DNA of 64,000 nt from Candidatus Uhrbacteria bacterium (GCA_037131775.1 JBAXQK010000002.1:23472-87471); one strand, 5' to 3'. Positions 29,874-38,433 are shown, numbered from the stretch's first letter. Notes: generated by a model not told the origin, from the sequence alone. A program made the numbers and translations.

Positions 29874-30614
29874 TCACCCGAGCTTCTGAATCGTCGCGGT
29901 CGCGATGGCAATGAGCCCCGCCATGAGGATCGTTCCGAAGATTCCGACGCCGATCTGCTGGAGGCCGTGATGGTGTCCGTGGTCGCGTCCCGACGACGTC
30001 ATCACGGTCACGGCGCCCATGATGATGAACAGGACGGACACGAGACCCATGAGCATGAGGAACACGCGGGCGATGCGCGCGCCGGACACGATCATCGACG
30101 CGTCCTTCGCGGCAGCGACCGTGGCGGCGAGCGCCGGATGCGCGTGCGCGAATCCGACGGCGGCGACGACGGACGCCGCGAGGATCGACTCGACGACCGC
30201 CTTCACGCGCGATCCGTCGGCGCGTCCTCCCACGGCCTTCATCGCCGCGCCCATCGCCTTCCCCGTGTCGGCCTTCGTCGTGGCCCCGGCGATCTGCAGC
30301 GCGTCCTTCACCACCTGCGACAGCGTCACGTCGTCCATCTGCGTCGGGAGATATTTCTCCAGGAGCGCGATCTCCTTCTTCGCCGCCTCGACCGTCTCGG
30401 GACGCCCCGCCGTCTCCGCCACGTCGCTCGCCTCGCGCAACTGCTTCACCTGCATCTTGATAATGGCGACGACGTCCTCGTCGGCAAGTTCCTTCTGCGC
30501 GTCGATCTCCTTGTTCTTCACCGCGGACTTCAGCATCCGCAGCGTGGAAAGGGTGTCCGCGTCCTTGGCCTTCATCGCTTCCTTCAGGTCGTTTGAGATT
30601 TGTTCGATAAGCAT
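29874..30614 (-). CDS. yqeY: YqeY/GatB-domain protein fused in-frame to a C-terminal pilin-like (signal peptide + two-helix) module
   Basis: The N-terminal 150 aa match YqeY (MLIEQISNDLKEAMKAKD...KAMGAAMKAVGGRADGSRVKAVVESIL). The C-terminal 100 aa carry AHAHPALA plus two hydrophobic helices, paralogous to the N-termini of the next two genes. Confidence 0.65.
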   Translation of the reverse strand: MLIEQISNDLKEAMKAKDADTLSTLRMLKSAVKNKEIDAQKELADEDVVAIIKMQVKQLREASDVAETAGRPETVEAAKKEIALLEKYLPTQMDDVTLSQVVKDALQIAGATTKADTGKAMGAAMKAVGGRADGSRVKAVVESILAASVVAAVGFAHAHPALAATVAAAKDASMIVSGARIARVFLMLMGLVSVLFIIMGAVTVMTSSGRDHGHHHGLQQIGVGIFGTILMAGLIAIATATIQKLG

Positions 30615-30620
30615 ATTGGT

Positions 30621-30653
30621 TTGATTATAACACAAAAGGGATCGAAGGGGTCA
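30621..30653 (-). promoter_or_regulatory. strong extended -10 promoter (TGACCC-18-TGtTATAAT) giving a near-leaderless transcript
   Basis: On the minus strand the sequence ctgaccccttcgatcccttttgtgttataatcaaaccaatATG was seen. The -10 ends about 10 nt before the start codon at 30614. Confidence 0.5.
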
Positions 30654-30717
30654 GAGGGATCGAGGGGATCCGTTCCCCATTTTCCCTTGAACCCTTCGAA
30701 CCCTTCGAAACCCCCGA

Positions 30718-30963
30718 CTACCGTCGTCCTCCGGTCTTTCGCGGCTCTTCCACGAACTTTCCGGCCTTGATCAGATACTCGCGGTCATCCTTGATTTCCA
30801 ATCGGCGGAGCGCGCTGGCGCGGCCGCGGTTGCGGGTCGGATCCTTCTTGTGGAACCGAAGCTTGCGCGCCTCGAGCATGTTTCCACTCTGCTGGATGCG
30901 TCGCGAAAAGCGGCGCAACAGCGATTCGAAGCTTTCTCCTTTTCGGCGTTTTACGTCTACCAC
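30718..30963 (-). CDS. rpsU: 30S ribosomal protein S21
   Basis: The N-terminus matches S21 (VDVKRRKGESFESLLRRFSRR). It has a GTG start with an AAGGAAGGTGA Shine-Dalgarno. Confidence 0.85.
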   Translation of the reverse strand: MVDVKRRKGESFESLLRRFSRRIQQSGNMLEARKLRFHKKDPTRNRGRASALRRLEIKDDREYLIKAGKFVEEPRKTGGRR

Positions 30964-31023
30964 ACTATTTTCACCTTCCTTTCATTGATTAAGATACCGG
31001 GAGGATAACAGGGGGGAGATAAA

Positions 31024-31141
31024 GAGTCAAGAATCAAGAATGCAAGATGCAAGGAAGACTTAAAATTCAAAGGTAAAAATTGAAATTTAAGATTTTACCC
31101 TTGATTCTTCCTTGTTTCTTGCCCTTCTTGTATCTTGAGTC
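31024..31141 (-). promoter_or_regulatory. long imperfect hairpin of inverted TTCTTG-type units with an AT-rich loop in the hisS-rpsU spacer
   Basis: Arm GAGTCAAGAATCAAGAATGCAAGATGCAAGGAAGA faces arm TCTTCCTTGTTTCTTGCCCTTCTTGTATCTTGAGTC. It could be a processing or attenuation structure. Confidence 0.3.
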
Positions 31142-31146
31142 TTTTT

Positions 31147-32556
31147 CTATTGCACCACGTCCTGGCTCGGCCGCGTGACGCCTTCCGCCTTCGCGAGTTT
31201 GCGCTTCATGATGGACACGATCTTTCCGGAATCGACGATTTCCTGGGCTCCCGAGTCCATGTCGCGGATGATGATCGTGCCGTCGAGGACCTCCTTCTGG
31301 CCGAGCAGGAGCGCGTATGGGACCGCGAGCTTGTTCGCGACCTCGAGCTGGGCCTTCAGCGCGTTCTTGCCGAACGCCTCGGCCACCGGGATTCCCGCCA
31401 CGCGGAACTCCTCGAACAGGCGCAGGCCGACGCGTCGCGCGCCGTCGCCGAGCTGGCAGAAGAACACGAGCGGCTTGGCGCGGGCCTCCGGGGCGATGTT
31501 GCGGTCGGCCATGGCTTTCGCGACGCGCTCCATGCCGATGGCGAATCCGCACGCCGGGGTCGGCCGTCCGCCGATGAGCTCCACCAGCCCGTCGTAGCGT
31601 CCGCCGCCTCCGAGCGCGTTCTGCGCGCGCTCGCCCTCGTCGCCCGACTCCCAGATCTCAAACACGGTGCGCGTGTAGTAGTCGAGCCCGCGCACGAGGT
31701 GCGGGTTGAGCTGATACGAAACTTCCACCTCGTCGAGGTACTCGAGCACCTTCATGAAGTGCTGCTTCGATTCCTCGTCGAGCCAGTCCACGATCTGCGG
31801 CGCGCCGGCGAGCAGCTCGACGGTGGCCGGGTCCTTGCTGTCGAGGAGGCGAAGCGGGCTCTTCTGGAGGCGGCGCTTGTCGTCCTCGCTCAGCTTGTTG
31901 CGGTGCGGGCGGAAGTAGCTCGCGAGCTCCGTGAGGTAGCTCTGGCGCGACTCGGGCGTGCCGATGGAGTTGATCTGAATGGTCACGTCGATGCCGAGCT
32001 CCTTGAACGTGCGCGCGGCGATGAGGATGAGCTGCGCGTCCACGACCGCGTCGGGAACGCCGAGCGACTCGAATCCGAACTGGTTGAACTGGCGGTAGCG
32101 CCCGGCCTGCGGACGATCGTGCCGGAACATCGGACCCTCGTACCACAGCTTCACCGGCTGCGGCAGGTTGAACATCCCGTGGTTCACGAACGCGCGCGCG
32201 ACAGAGGCCGTGGCCTCCGGACGCATCGCGACCAGGTCGCCCGACGGGTCCTCGAACGCGTACATTTCCTTTTCGATCACGTCTGTCTGCTTCCCGAGCG
32301 TGCGCTGAAACAAATCCGCGCGCTCCAAAAGCGGCAGCTCGATGCGGTCAAAGCTGTACGCGTCGGCCATCTCGCGCACCTTCGCGCGAATCAGGCTCCA
32401 GCGGGCCTGTTCCTCCGGCAGGATGTCGCGGAACCCGCGCAAGAGCTCCGGCGGCGCCTTCCCCTTCTTCACGGGAGCCTCCGACGCGGCGGCGGGCTTC
32501 TCCGCTTTCTCGTCCTTCTCCTCGGACTCTTTCGCTGCGGTTGTTTTCTTTGGCAT
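31147..32556 (-). CDS. hisS: histidyl-tRNA synthetase (possible Lys/Glu-rich N-terminal extension, or alternative TTG start about 120 nt downstream)
   Basis: Class II motifs, a HisA-like catalytic domain and a C-terminal anticodon-binding domain are present. The first 40 aa are low complexity. Confidence 0.9.
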   Translation of the reverse strand: MPKKTTAAKESEEKDEKAEKPAAASEAPVKKGKAPPELLRGFRDILPEEQARWSLIRAKVREMADAYSFDRIELPLLERADLFQRTLGKQTDVIEKEMYAFEDPSGDLVAMRPEATASVARAFVNHGMFNLPQPVKLWYEGPMFRHDRPQAGRYRQFNQFGFESLGVPDAVVDAQLILIAARTFKELGIDVTIQINSIGTPESRQSYLTELASYFRPHRNKLSEDDKRRLQKSPLRLLDSKDPATVELLAGAPQIVDWLDEESKQHFMKVLEYLDEVEVSYQLNPHLVRGLDYYTRTVFEIWESGDEGERAQNALGGGGRYDGLVELIGGRPTPACGFAIGMERVAKAMADRNIAPEARAKPLVFFCQLGDGARRVGLRLFEEFRVAGIPVAEAFGKNALKAQLEVANKLAVPYALLLGQKEVLDGTIIIRDMDSGAQEIVDSGKIVSIMKRKLAKAEGVTRPSQDVVQ

Positions 32557-32668
32557 AGTCGTGAGATTAGGCTTAAGGCTGAAAGGCAGAAGGCTTAAGA
32601 AAATGCAGAACGGCGCCGGAAACGTCTCCCGTATGCCTTACGCCTTTCAGCCTTAAGCCTCTCGATTT

Positions 32669-33298
32669 CTACAAACTGTACGTCGGCGCCTCGAACGTTC
32701 CTACGCGCGACAGCGGCAACCCGCGCACCCAGACGCGGCCGACGATCGCGGACTTGCTAATCGGTCCGAAGCTTCGCGAGTCGAGGCTTTCGTCGCGATT
32801 GTCTCCCATGACGAAATATTCGTCGGTGCCGAGCGTGACCTTTTTCTTTCCCTGCGAGAGCGTGCTTCCGAGGTAAAGCTTCTCGTCGAGGATCTGTCCG
32901 TTCGGATGCGCGTCGTTGTAGATGACGACCGCGCCGCCGGTGATCTCGACCGTCTCCCCCGGAAGCCCGACCAGCCGCTTGATGAAGAACTGGCTTGGGT
33001 CGCGCGGATAGCGGAACACGATGATCTCTCCCCGCTCCGGCTCGCGCATGCGGAAGGTGAGCTCGTCGATGATCAGGTATTCCCTGTCGTAGAAGTTTGG
33101 CTCCATGCTCGCGCCCTTCACGTAGAACGGCTGCACGAGGAAGTACCGGATCGGCACGATGATCGCCGCCGAGATGATGACGATCTGCAAAACCTCCAGA
33201 ATAAAAACCGCCATCGACCCAACCACCGGCCCGAAGCGCCGATGCCAGACCGTGTCGAGCGGATCGTCGTGTTCCTTGCGCTTGGCGAATGAAAACAT
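32669..33298 (-). CDS. lepB: signal peptidase I
   Basis: The catalytic Ser context GASMEPN, GDNRDESLDSR and an N-terminal TM segment are present. The start was reassigned to MFSFAKRK. Confidence 0.85.
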   Translation of the reverse strand: MFSFAKRKEHDDPLDTVWHRRFGPVVGSMAVFILEVLQIVIISAAIIVPIRYFLVQPFYVKGASMEPNFYDREYLIIDELTFRMREPERGEIIVFRYPRDPSQFFIKRLVGLPGETVEITGGAVVIYNDAHPNGQILDEKLYLGSTLSQGKKKVTLGTDEYFVMGDNRDESLDSRSFGPISKSAIVGRVWVRGLPLSRVGTFEAPTYSL

Positions 33299-33407
33299 GT
33301 GGGGGATCAATAAATCTTTTCTAGGATACCACGGTTTTTGGCAGGGATCAAGGGAGCCACTTGAACCGTCCCACATCGTATGGTATCCTCCCGCACGTGG
33401 ACAATAC

Positions 33408-33484
33408 GGATGTTTAGCTCAGCTGGTTAGAGCGCACCGTTCACATCGGTGAGGTCGGTGGTTCGAGCCCACCAACATCCACCA
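33408..33484 (+). tRNA. tRNA-Val (anticodon CAC)
   Basis: Acceptor GGATGTT/AACATCC, anticodon stem CACCG/CGGTG with loop TTCACAT, T-loop GGTTCGAGCCC, and an encoded CCA. Confidence 0.9.
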
Positions 33485-33488
33485 AAAG

Positions 33489-33516
33489 CACCCCTTCACA
33501 AGAGGGGTGTTTTTGT
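33489..33516 (+). terminator. intrinsic terminator after tRNA-Val
   Basis: Hairpin CACCCCTTCACAAGAGGGGTG followed by TTTTTGTT. Confidence 0.6.
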
Positions 33517-33536
33517 TATACTGTGAGGGTTCATCT

Positions 33537-35123
33537 ATGGAGAAAATCAAGATCGACCTTTTGCGCCAAAAATACCAGATTCCCGCTTCTCCCAAGAGGC
33601 CCTTTGTTGTGTTTGGGCGAATTCTACTGGCAATGGTCGTGTTCGTGTCCGTTGCGGGCGCGACGATGTCGTACAACGTGGACGCGTCGGCCGACGTGTC
33701 GGGATTCCCCCATTTCTCGCTGTTTTCTACCATACGCCACCTCGTGGGCGCCGGCGACCGGCAGCTGAAGGGAGAAAAGGACGATCGGATCAACTTCCTC
33801 CTGCTTGGGATCGGCGGCGCGGGACACGACGGCCCGATGCTCACAGACACCATCGTCTTCGCCTCCTACAAGCCAAGCACGAACGAAGTCGGAATGCTCT
33901 CCATCCCGCGCGACATGGCCGTGCCGATTCCCGACGAGGGGTGGCGCAAGGTGAACCACGCGAACTACTTCGGCGAGGAAAAGCAGGCGGGCGCCGGTCC
34001 GGTTATGGCGAGCGAGGTGATCGGCGGGGTCATCGGGCAGAACGTGGACTACTATCTGCGCGTTGACTTCGACGGGTTCGGAAAGCTCATCGACGACGTC
34101 GGCGGCGTGGACGTGGTCGTGGACACCACATTCACCGACGCCGAGTACCCGATTCTCGGCAGCGAGTACAAGGACTGCGGAACGTCCGTGACGCAGAACC
34201 AAACGAACCCGGACACGGGCGAGGTTGAGAGCGTTCAGGTTCCCACCTACGCCTGCCGATACGAAATCATCACGTTCACGAAGGGCCCGATGCATCTCGA
34301 CGGAACGACGGCGCTCAAGTACGTACGATCCCGCCACGGCAACAACGGCGAGGGTTCCGATTTCGAGCGCGCCAAGCGCCAGCAGAAGGTCATCGCCGGC
34401 GTGAAGGAAAAGATGATGTCCTCGGGGACGCTGCTCAACCCGGCGCGCATCAGCCACATCATGGATACGCTCAAGGAAAACGTCGCCACGAACATTTCCG
34501 CGTGGGAACTCCTCCAGCTCGCGGGCAAACTAAAGAACGTGGACACGTCGAAGATTACGACCAAGGTGCTCGACGACTCCACGGCCTCGCCGCTCTACGC
34601 GACGTCACTAAACGGCGCCTACGTGCTCCTTCCGAAGAACGACGACTGGGGGCCCGTCCGCCAGATGGCCGCGAACCTCCTCGTCCCGGACGGATCGTCC
34701 CCCACCGTCGCGACGACCTCGACGACAAAGAAATCCTCGGCCCCCGCGACCCCTTCGACGCCCTCCACCAAGATCGAAATTCAAAACGGAACCACTATTA
34801 CAGGCCTCGCTTTCCGCGCCTCGCAGCTGCTCGACGGGAACGGCTACGACGTCACGAAGATCGGCAATGCCGCGGAGCGCGCCTACAAGCACACGGTCAT
34901 TTACGACCTGTCCAATGGGAAGAAGCAAGCCGAGCTGAAGGCACTCCAGGACTCCCTCCAAGCCGACGTCACTATGTCCGCTACCGGCTACATGATGTCC
35001 GGAAACGTCGTTCCACAAGGCATTTCCATCTCTTCCGACGATTATCAGTCCCTGGCCACGGCCAAGAACATTGACTTTTTGGTGATTTTGGGAGAAAGTT
35101 CGGCAAACTTAGCACTAAAATAG
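33537..35123 (+). CDS. LytR-CpsA-Psr (LCP) family cell-envelope phosphotransferase with C-terminal LytR_C-like domain
   Basis: An N-terminal TM segment and the LCP core (LLLGIGGAGHDGPMLTDTIVFA...SIPRD...) are present. The start was set at MEKIKIDLL, which has a GAGGG RBS. Confidence 0.85.
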   Translation: MEKIKIDLLRQKYQIPASPKRPFVVFGRILLAMVVFVSVAGATMSYNVDASADVSGFPHFSLFSTIRHLVGAGDRQLKGEKDDRINFLLLGIGGAGHDGPMLTDTIVFASYKPSTNEVGMLSIPRDMAVPIPDEGWRKVNHANYFGEEKQAGAGPVMASEVIGGVIGQNVDYYLRVDFDGFGKLIDDVGGVDVVVDTTFTDAEYPILGSEYKDCGTSVTQNQTNPDTGEVESVQVPTYACRYEIITFTKGPMHLDGTTALKYVRSRHGNNGEGSDFERAKRQQKVIAGVKEKMMSSGTLLNPARISHIMDTLKENVATNISAWELLQLAGKLKNVDTSKITTKVLDDSTASPLYATSLNGAYVLLPKNDDWGPVRQMAANLLVPDGSSPTVATTSTTKKSSAPATPSTPSTKIEIQNGTTITGLAFRASQLLDGNGYDVTKIGNAAERAYKHTVIYDLSNGKKQAELKALQDSLQADVTMSATGYMMSGNVVPQGISISSDDYQSLATAKNIDFLVILGESSANLALK

Positions 35124-35124
35124 T

Positions 35125-36492
35125 ATGCCACAAGCCCACATCCCCATCGTCGCGCTCATCGGGCGCACAAACGTGGGCAAATCGACGCTGTTCAACCGCC
35201 TCCTGGAACGGCAGGCTTCCATCGTTTCCAAGGTGGCCGGCACCACGCGCGACCGAAAGGAAGGCGTGTGCCTTTGGCGCGGCTTGGTCATCAAGCTGAT
35301 CGACACCGGCGGCCTCGACATGGACCACGAGGACGAGATCGAGAAGAACGTCGTGCGGCAGGCCGAGAAGGCCATCGCCAAGGCCGACGTGATTTTGTTC
35401 GTGGTCGACATGAAGCAGGGCGCGCTTCCGCAGGAACGCGAGCTGGCCGCGATGCTCATGAAGTCGGGCAAGCCGGTTATCGTGGTCGGCAACAAGGCCG
35501 AGACCCCGGCCATCCGCAACTCGGCGATGGACCCGTCGTGGCGCCTGCTCGCCCTTCCCTCCCCGATTCCGGTTTCCGGACTGCGTGGCACGGGCACCGG
35601 CGATTTGCTCGACGTGATTTACGACAAGCTCGAGACGATCAAGATGAAGCCGGCCGAGCTCCAAGAGATCACCGCCGTCCGCGTCGCCGTCGTCGGAAAG
35701 CCGAACGTGGGCAAGAGTTCGCTCATCAACGCAATTCTCGGCGAGGAGCGGTTCATCGTCAGCCCGGTGGCGCACACCACGCGCGAGCCGAACGACGTGA
35801 TGATCGAGTACAAGGACCGCGAGTATCTTCTCATCGACACGGCGGGACTTCTGAAGGCCGCCAAGATGAAGAAGCAGGGCGAGCTTGAGGAGCAGGGCGC
35901 GTTTCGCACGGAGCGCGTACTGCCGAAGGCGAACGTGGCGCTGTTCGTGGTCGACGTGACCGAGCCGGTCGGGACGCAGGACAAGATGATCGCCGGCATG
36001 GTCAAGAGCGCCGGCACCGGAGTCATCATCGTCGCCAACAAGTGGGACCTCGTGAAGGACAAGAACCCCACCACCATCAACCGCGTCCGCGAGATGATCG
36101 CGGGAGGCCTCCCCTTCATCGCCTGGGCGCCGACCGTGTTCGTCTCCGCCAAGACCACCCAGCGCATCCCCGAGCTGTTCACGCTCATCGACGAGGTGGA
36201 AAAGGCCCGCCACGCGCAGATCCCAGAGCGCGACCTGGAAACGTTCTGGCGCTCCGCCGTGCGCGCCCACCTTCCCAGCCGCGGAAAGGGCCCGAAGCCA
36301 CCGGAAATCATGGGCATGCAGCAGACCGGCACCGCGCCCCCGACGTTCAACCTCCACATCAAGGCCAAGCGCCTCGACGTGCTGCACCCGAGCTACCTGC
36401 GATTCTTGGAAAACCGCATGCGCATCCACTTCAAGCTGACGGGAACGCCAATCGTGATCAACATCGTCGGAATGACTGCTCGCGCGAAGTAA
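35125..36492 (+). CDS. der: ribosome-biogenesis GTPase Der (EngA), two tandem GTPase domains plus KH-like domain
   Basis: Two G1 motifs (GRTNVGKST, GKPNVGKSS) are present. Confidence 0.9.
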   Translation: MPQAHIPIVALIGRTNVGKSTLFNRLLERQASIVSKVAGTTRDRKEGVCLWRGLVIKLIDTGGLDMDHEDEIEKNVVRQAEKAIAKADVILFVVDMKQGALPQERELAAMLMKSGKPVIVVGNKAETPAIRNSAMDPSWRLLALPSPIPVSGLRGTGTGDLLDVIYDKLETIKMKPAELQEITAVRVAVVGKPNVGKSSLINAILGEERFIVSPVAHTTREPNDVMIEYKDREYLLIDTAGLLKAAKMKKQGELEEQGAFRTERVLPKANVALFVVDVTEPVGTQDKMIAGMVKSAGTGVIIVANKWDLVKDKNPTTINRVREMIAGGLPFIAWAPTVFVSAKTTQRIPELFTLIDEVEKARHAQIPERDLETFWRSAVRAHLPSRGKGPKPPEIMGMQQTGTAPPTFNLHIKAKRLDVLHPSYLRFLENRMRIHFKLTGTPIVINIVGMTARAK

Positions 36493-36493
36493 T

Positions 36494-36967
36494 ATGAAAC
36501 TCATCGTAGGCCTCGGCAACCCAGGACCCGAATACGCGCAGACCCGACATAACGTGGGCTTTCTCGTCGTCGACGAGCTCGTTCGTCGCGGACTCGACCG
36601 CGCCAAGGCGCGGACGCTGAAGCCGGACACGTTCATGAACCTGTCGGGGACTGCGGTCGCGGCGGCATTGCGGCAATCGAACATGACGGCGAGGGACGTG
36701 ATCGTGGCGTACGACGACGCCGACCTCGTATTCGGAGACATCCGCGTGCGGACGGAAGGCGGAAGCGCCGGACACAACGGGATCAAGTCGCTCATCGAGC
36801 ACCTCGGCACGCCGGAGTTCACCCGCATACGCGTGGGGATCGGACGGTCCGAGAATCCGAACGTTCCGCTCGAGGACTGGGTGCTTGGGAAGTGGTCGGG
36901 CGACGAGCAGGAAAAGATGTCCGACATCGTCGGTCGCGCCGCGGACGAGATTGAAAAAATGCTTTAG
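36494..36967 (+). CDS. pth: peptidyl-tRNA hydrolase (short form, 157 aa)
   Basis: N-terminal MKLIVGLGNPGPEYAQTRHNVGF. Confidence 0.9.
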   Translation: MKLIVGLGNPGPEYAQTRHNVGFLVVDELVRRGLDRAKARTLKPDTFMNLSGTAVAAALRQSNMTARDVIVAYDDADLVFGDIRVRTEGGSAGHNGIKSLIEHLGTPEFTRIRVGIGRSENPNVPLEDWVLGKWSGDEQEKMSDIVGRAADEIEKML

Positions 36968-36973
36968 GACGAT

Positions 36974-38053
36974 ATGGACGACACGAAATTCTGGATCTCC
37001 CTCGTCCGCTTTCCAAAGTTCGGGCCGGTCCGCATCAAGAAACTGGCCGCCGCCTTCCACTCGATGGAGGCGGCGTTTTCGTCTTCGCGCAATGAACTGG
37101 TTGCCGCGGGAATTGAGCCGCACATCGCGGACCAGTTCATCTTTGAACGCGCGTCGATCAACCCAGACGAGGAAGCCGCGAAGCTCGTCGCGCACAACGT
37201 AACCGCCGTGACGTTCCAGGACGACGCGTACCCTCCCGATTTGAAAACGATCTTCGATCCCCCGCCCGTCCTGTTCGTCCGCGGCGTCCTCCCCGACCCC
37301 AAGCGCGTCCACCTCGCCGTCGTCGGCACGCGCAAGCCGTCGCAGTACGGTCTCCAGGTCACGCAGGAGTTCGTCGGTCCGATCGCCAAAAGCGGCGTCG
37401 TCATTGTCAGCGGACTCGCGTACGGCATCGACGCAGCGGCGCACGAGGCGACACTCGAGGCGGGCGGCACAACCGTCGCGATCCTCGGCGGCGGGCTCGA
37501 CGACGACAACGTCTATCCGTCCCAGCACCGCGCCCTCGCGTCGAGAATCGTCGCCGGCGGCGGCGCGGTCATCTCCGAGTTCCCCGTCGGCACCCACCCC
37601 ATGCCGCAAAACTTCCCGTTCCGCAACCGCATCATCGCCGGCATGACCCGCGGCACGCTCGTCACCGAGGCCCTGATCAAATCGGGATCGCTGATCACGG
37701 CCCGCGTCGCCATCGAACTCGGCCGCGACATCTTCGCCGTCCCCGGCTCGATCCACGCGCCGATGTCGGAGGGACCGAACAATCTGATCAAGACGGGCTC
37801 GTTCCCCGTGACGACGCCGGAGGACGTGCTATCGCGTTTGGGAATGGTCGTCCGCGAGACGAAGCCGGATTACGTCCCGGGAAGCGCGGAGGAAAAGACG
37901 GTGTACGACGCGCTGACGCGAGAGCCGCTGCACGTCGACGAGCTGACCGTCGCAACGGGGATGGAGCCAAAAACGATTACGTCGACGCTGACGCTGATGG
38001 AACTGAAGGGCTCGGCGCGGCATTTGGGCGGGCTGTATTACGTGAGGGGATAA
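36974..38053 (+). CDS. dprA: DNA processing protein DprA (Smf)
   Basis: A Rossmann-like DprA core (VVSGLAYGIDAAAHEA...GSLITA) and a C-terminal winged-helix-like domain are present. Confidence 0.85.
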   Translation: MDDTKFWISLVRFPKFGPVRIKKLAAAFHSMEAAFSSSRNELVAAGIEPHIADQFIFERASINPDEEAAKLVAHNVTAVTFQDDAYPPDLKTIFDPPPVLFVRGVLPDPKRVHLAVVGTRKPSQYGLQVTQEFVGPIAKSGVVIVSGLAYGIDAAAHEATLEAGGTTVAILGGGLDDDNVYPSQHRALASRIVAGGGAVISEFPVGTHPMPQNFPFRNRIIAGMTRGTLVTEALIKSGSLITARVAIELGRDIFAVPGSIHAPMSEGPNNLIKTGSFPVTTPEDVLSRLGMVVRETKPDYVPGSAEEKTVYDALTREPLHVDELTVATGMEPKTITSTLTLMELKGSARHLGGLYYVRG

Positions 38054-38069
38054 TTTAAAATGCAATCGT

Positions 38070-38321
38070 ATGTCTGAACAAACTCCCGGAACAGAATCAG
38101 ATCGCGCGTTCGACGCAAAGCTCGAGGCGTTCTATTCCAAAGGCGATTGCATCGCAATGATCAAACACGCGAAGGCTCAGGGGATCGACCTCCACGCCTT
38201 TCCGCGATACGACAGGCGGATACGCGGAGTCATCCAAAGCTATCGCGAAGAGGAAGGCATGGAGCATGAGGCAGACGAGATCGCGGGCGCGTACGGCATT
38301 TCAGACGAGAAAACCCCGTAG
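38070..38321 (+). CDS. hypothetical protein (83 aa)
   Basis: Followed by its own intrinsic terminator. No family recognised. Confidence 0.4.
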   Translation: MSEQTPGTESDRAFDAKLEAFYSKGDCIAMIKHAKAQGIDLHAFPRYDRRIRGVIQSYREEEGMEHEADEIAGAYGISDEKTP

Positions 38322-38326
38322 GGACC

Positions 38327-38360
38327 AGGACGCGCCATAGGTGGCACGTCCTTTTCTTTT
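38327..38360 (+). terminator. intrinsic terminator
   Basis: Hairpin AGGACG-n14-CGTCCT followed by TTTTCTTTT. Confidence 0.5.
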
Positions 38361-38433
38361 ACATCGACTCCAAAATTGAAAACAAAAATACGGCCCGTCG
38401 TGAGACGAACCGCGAAGACAATCGAGCAAAGAT

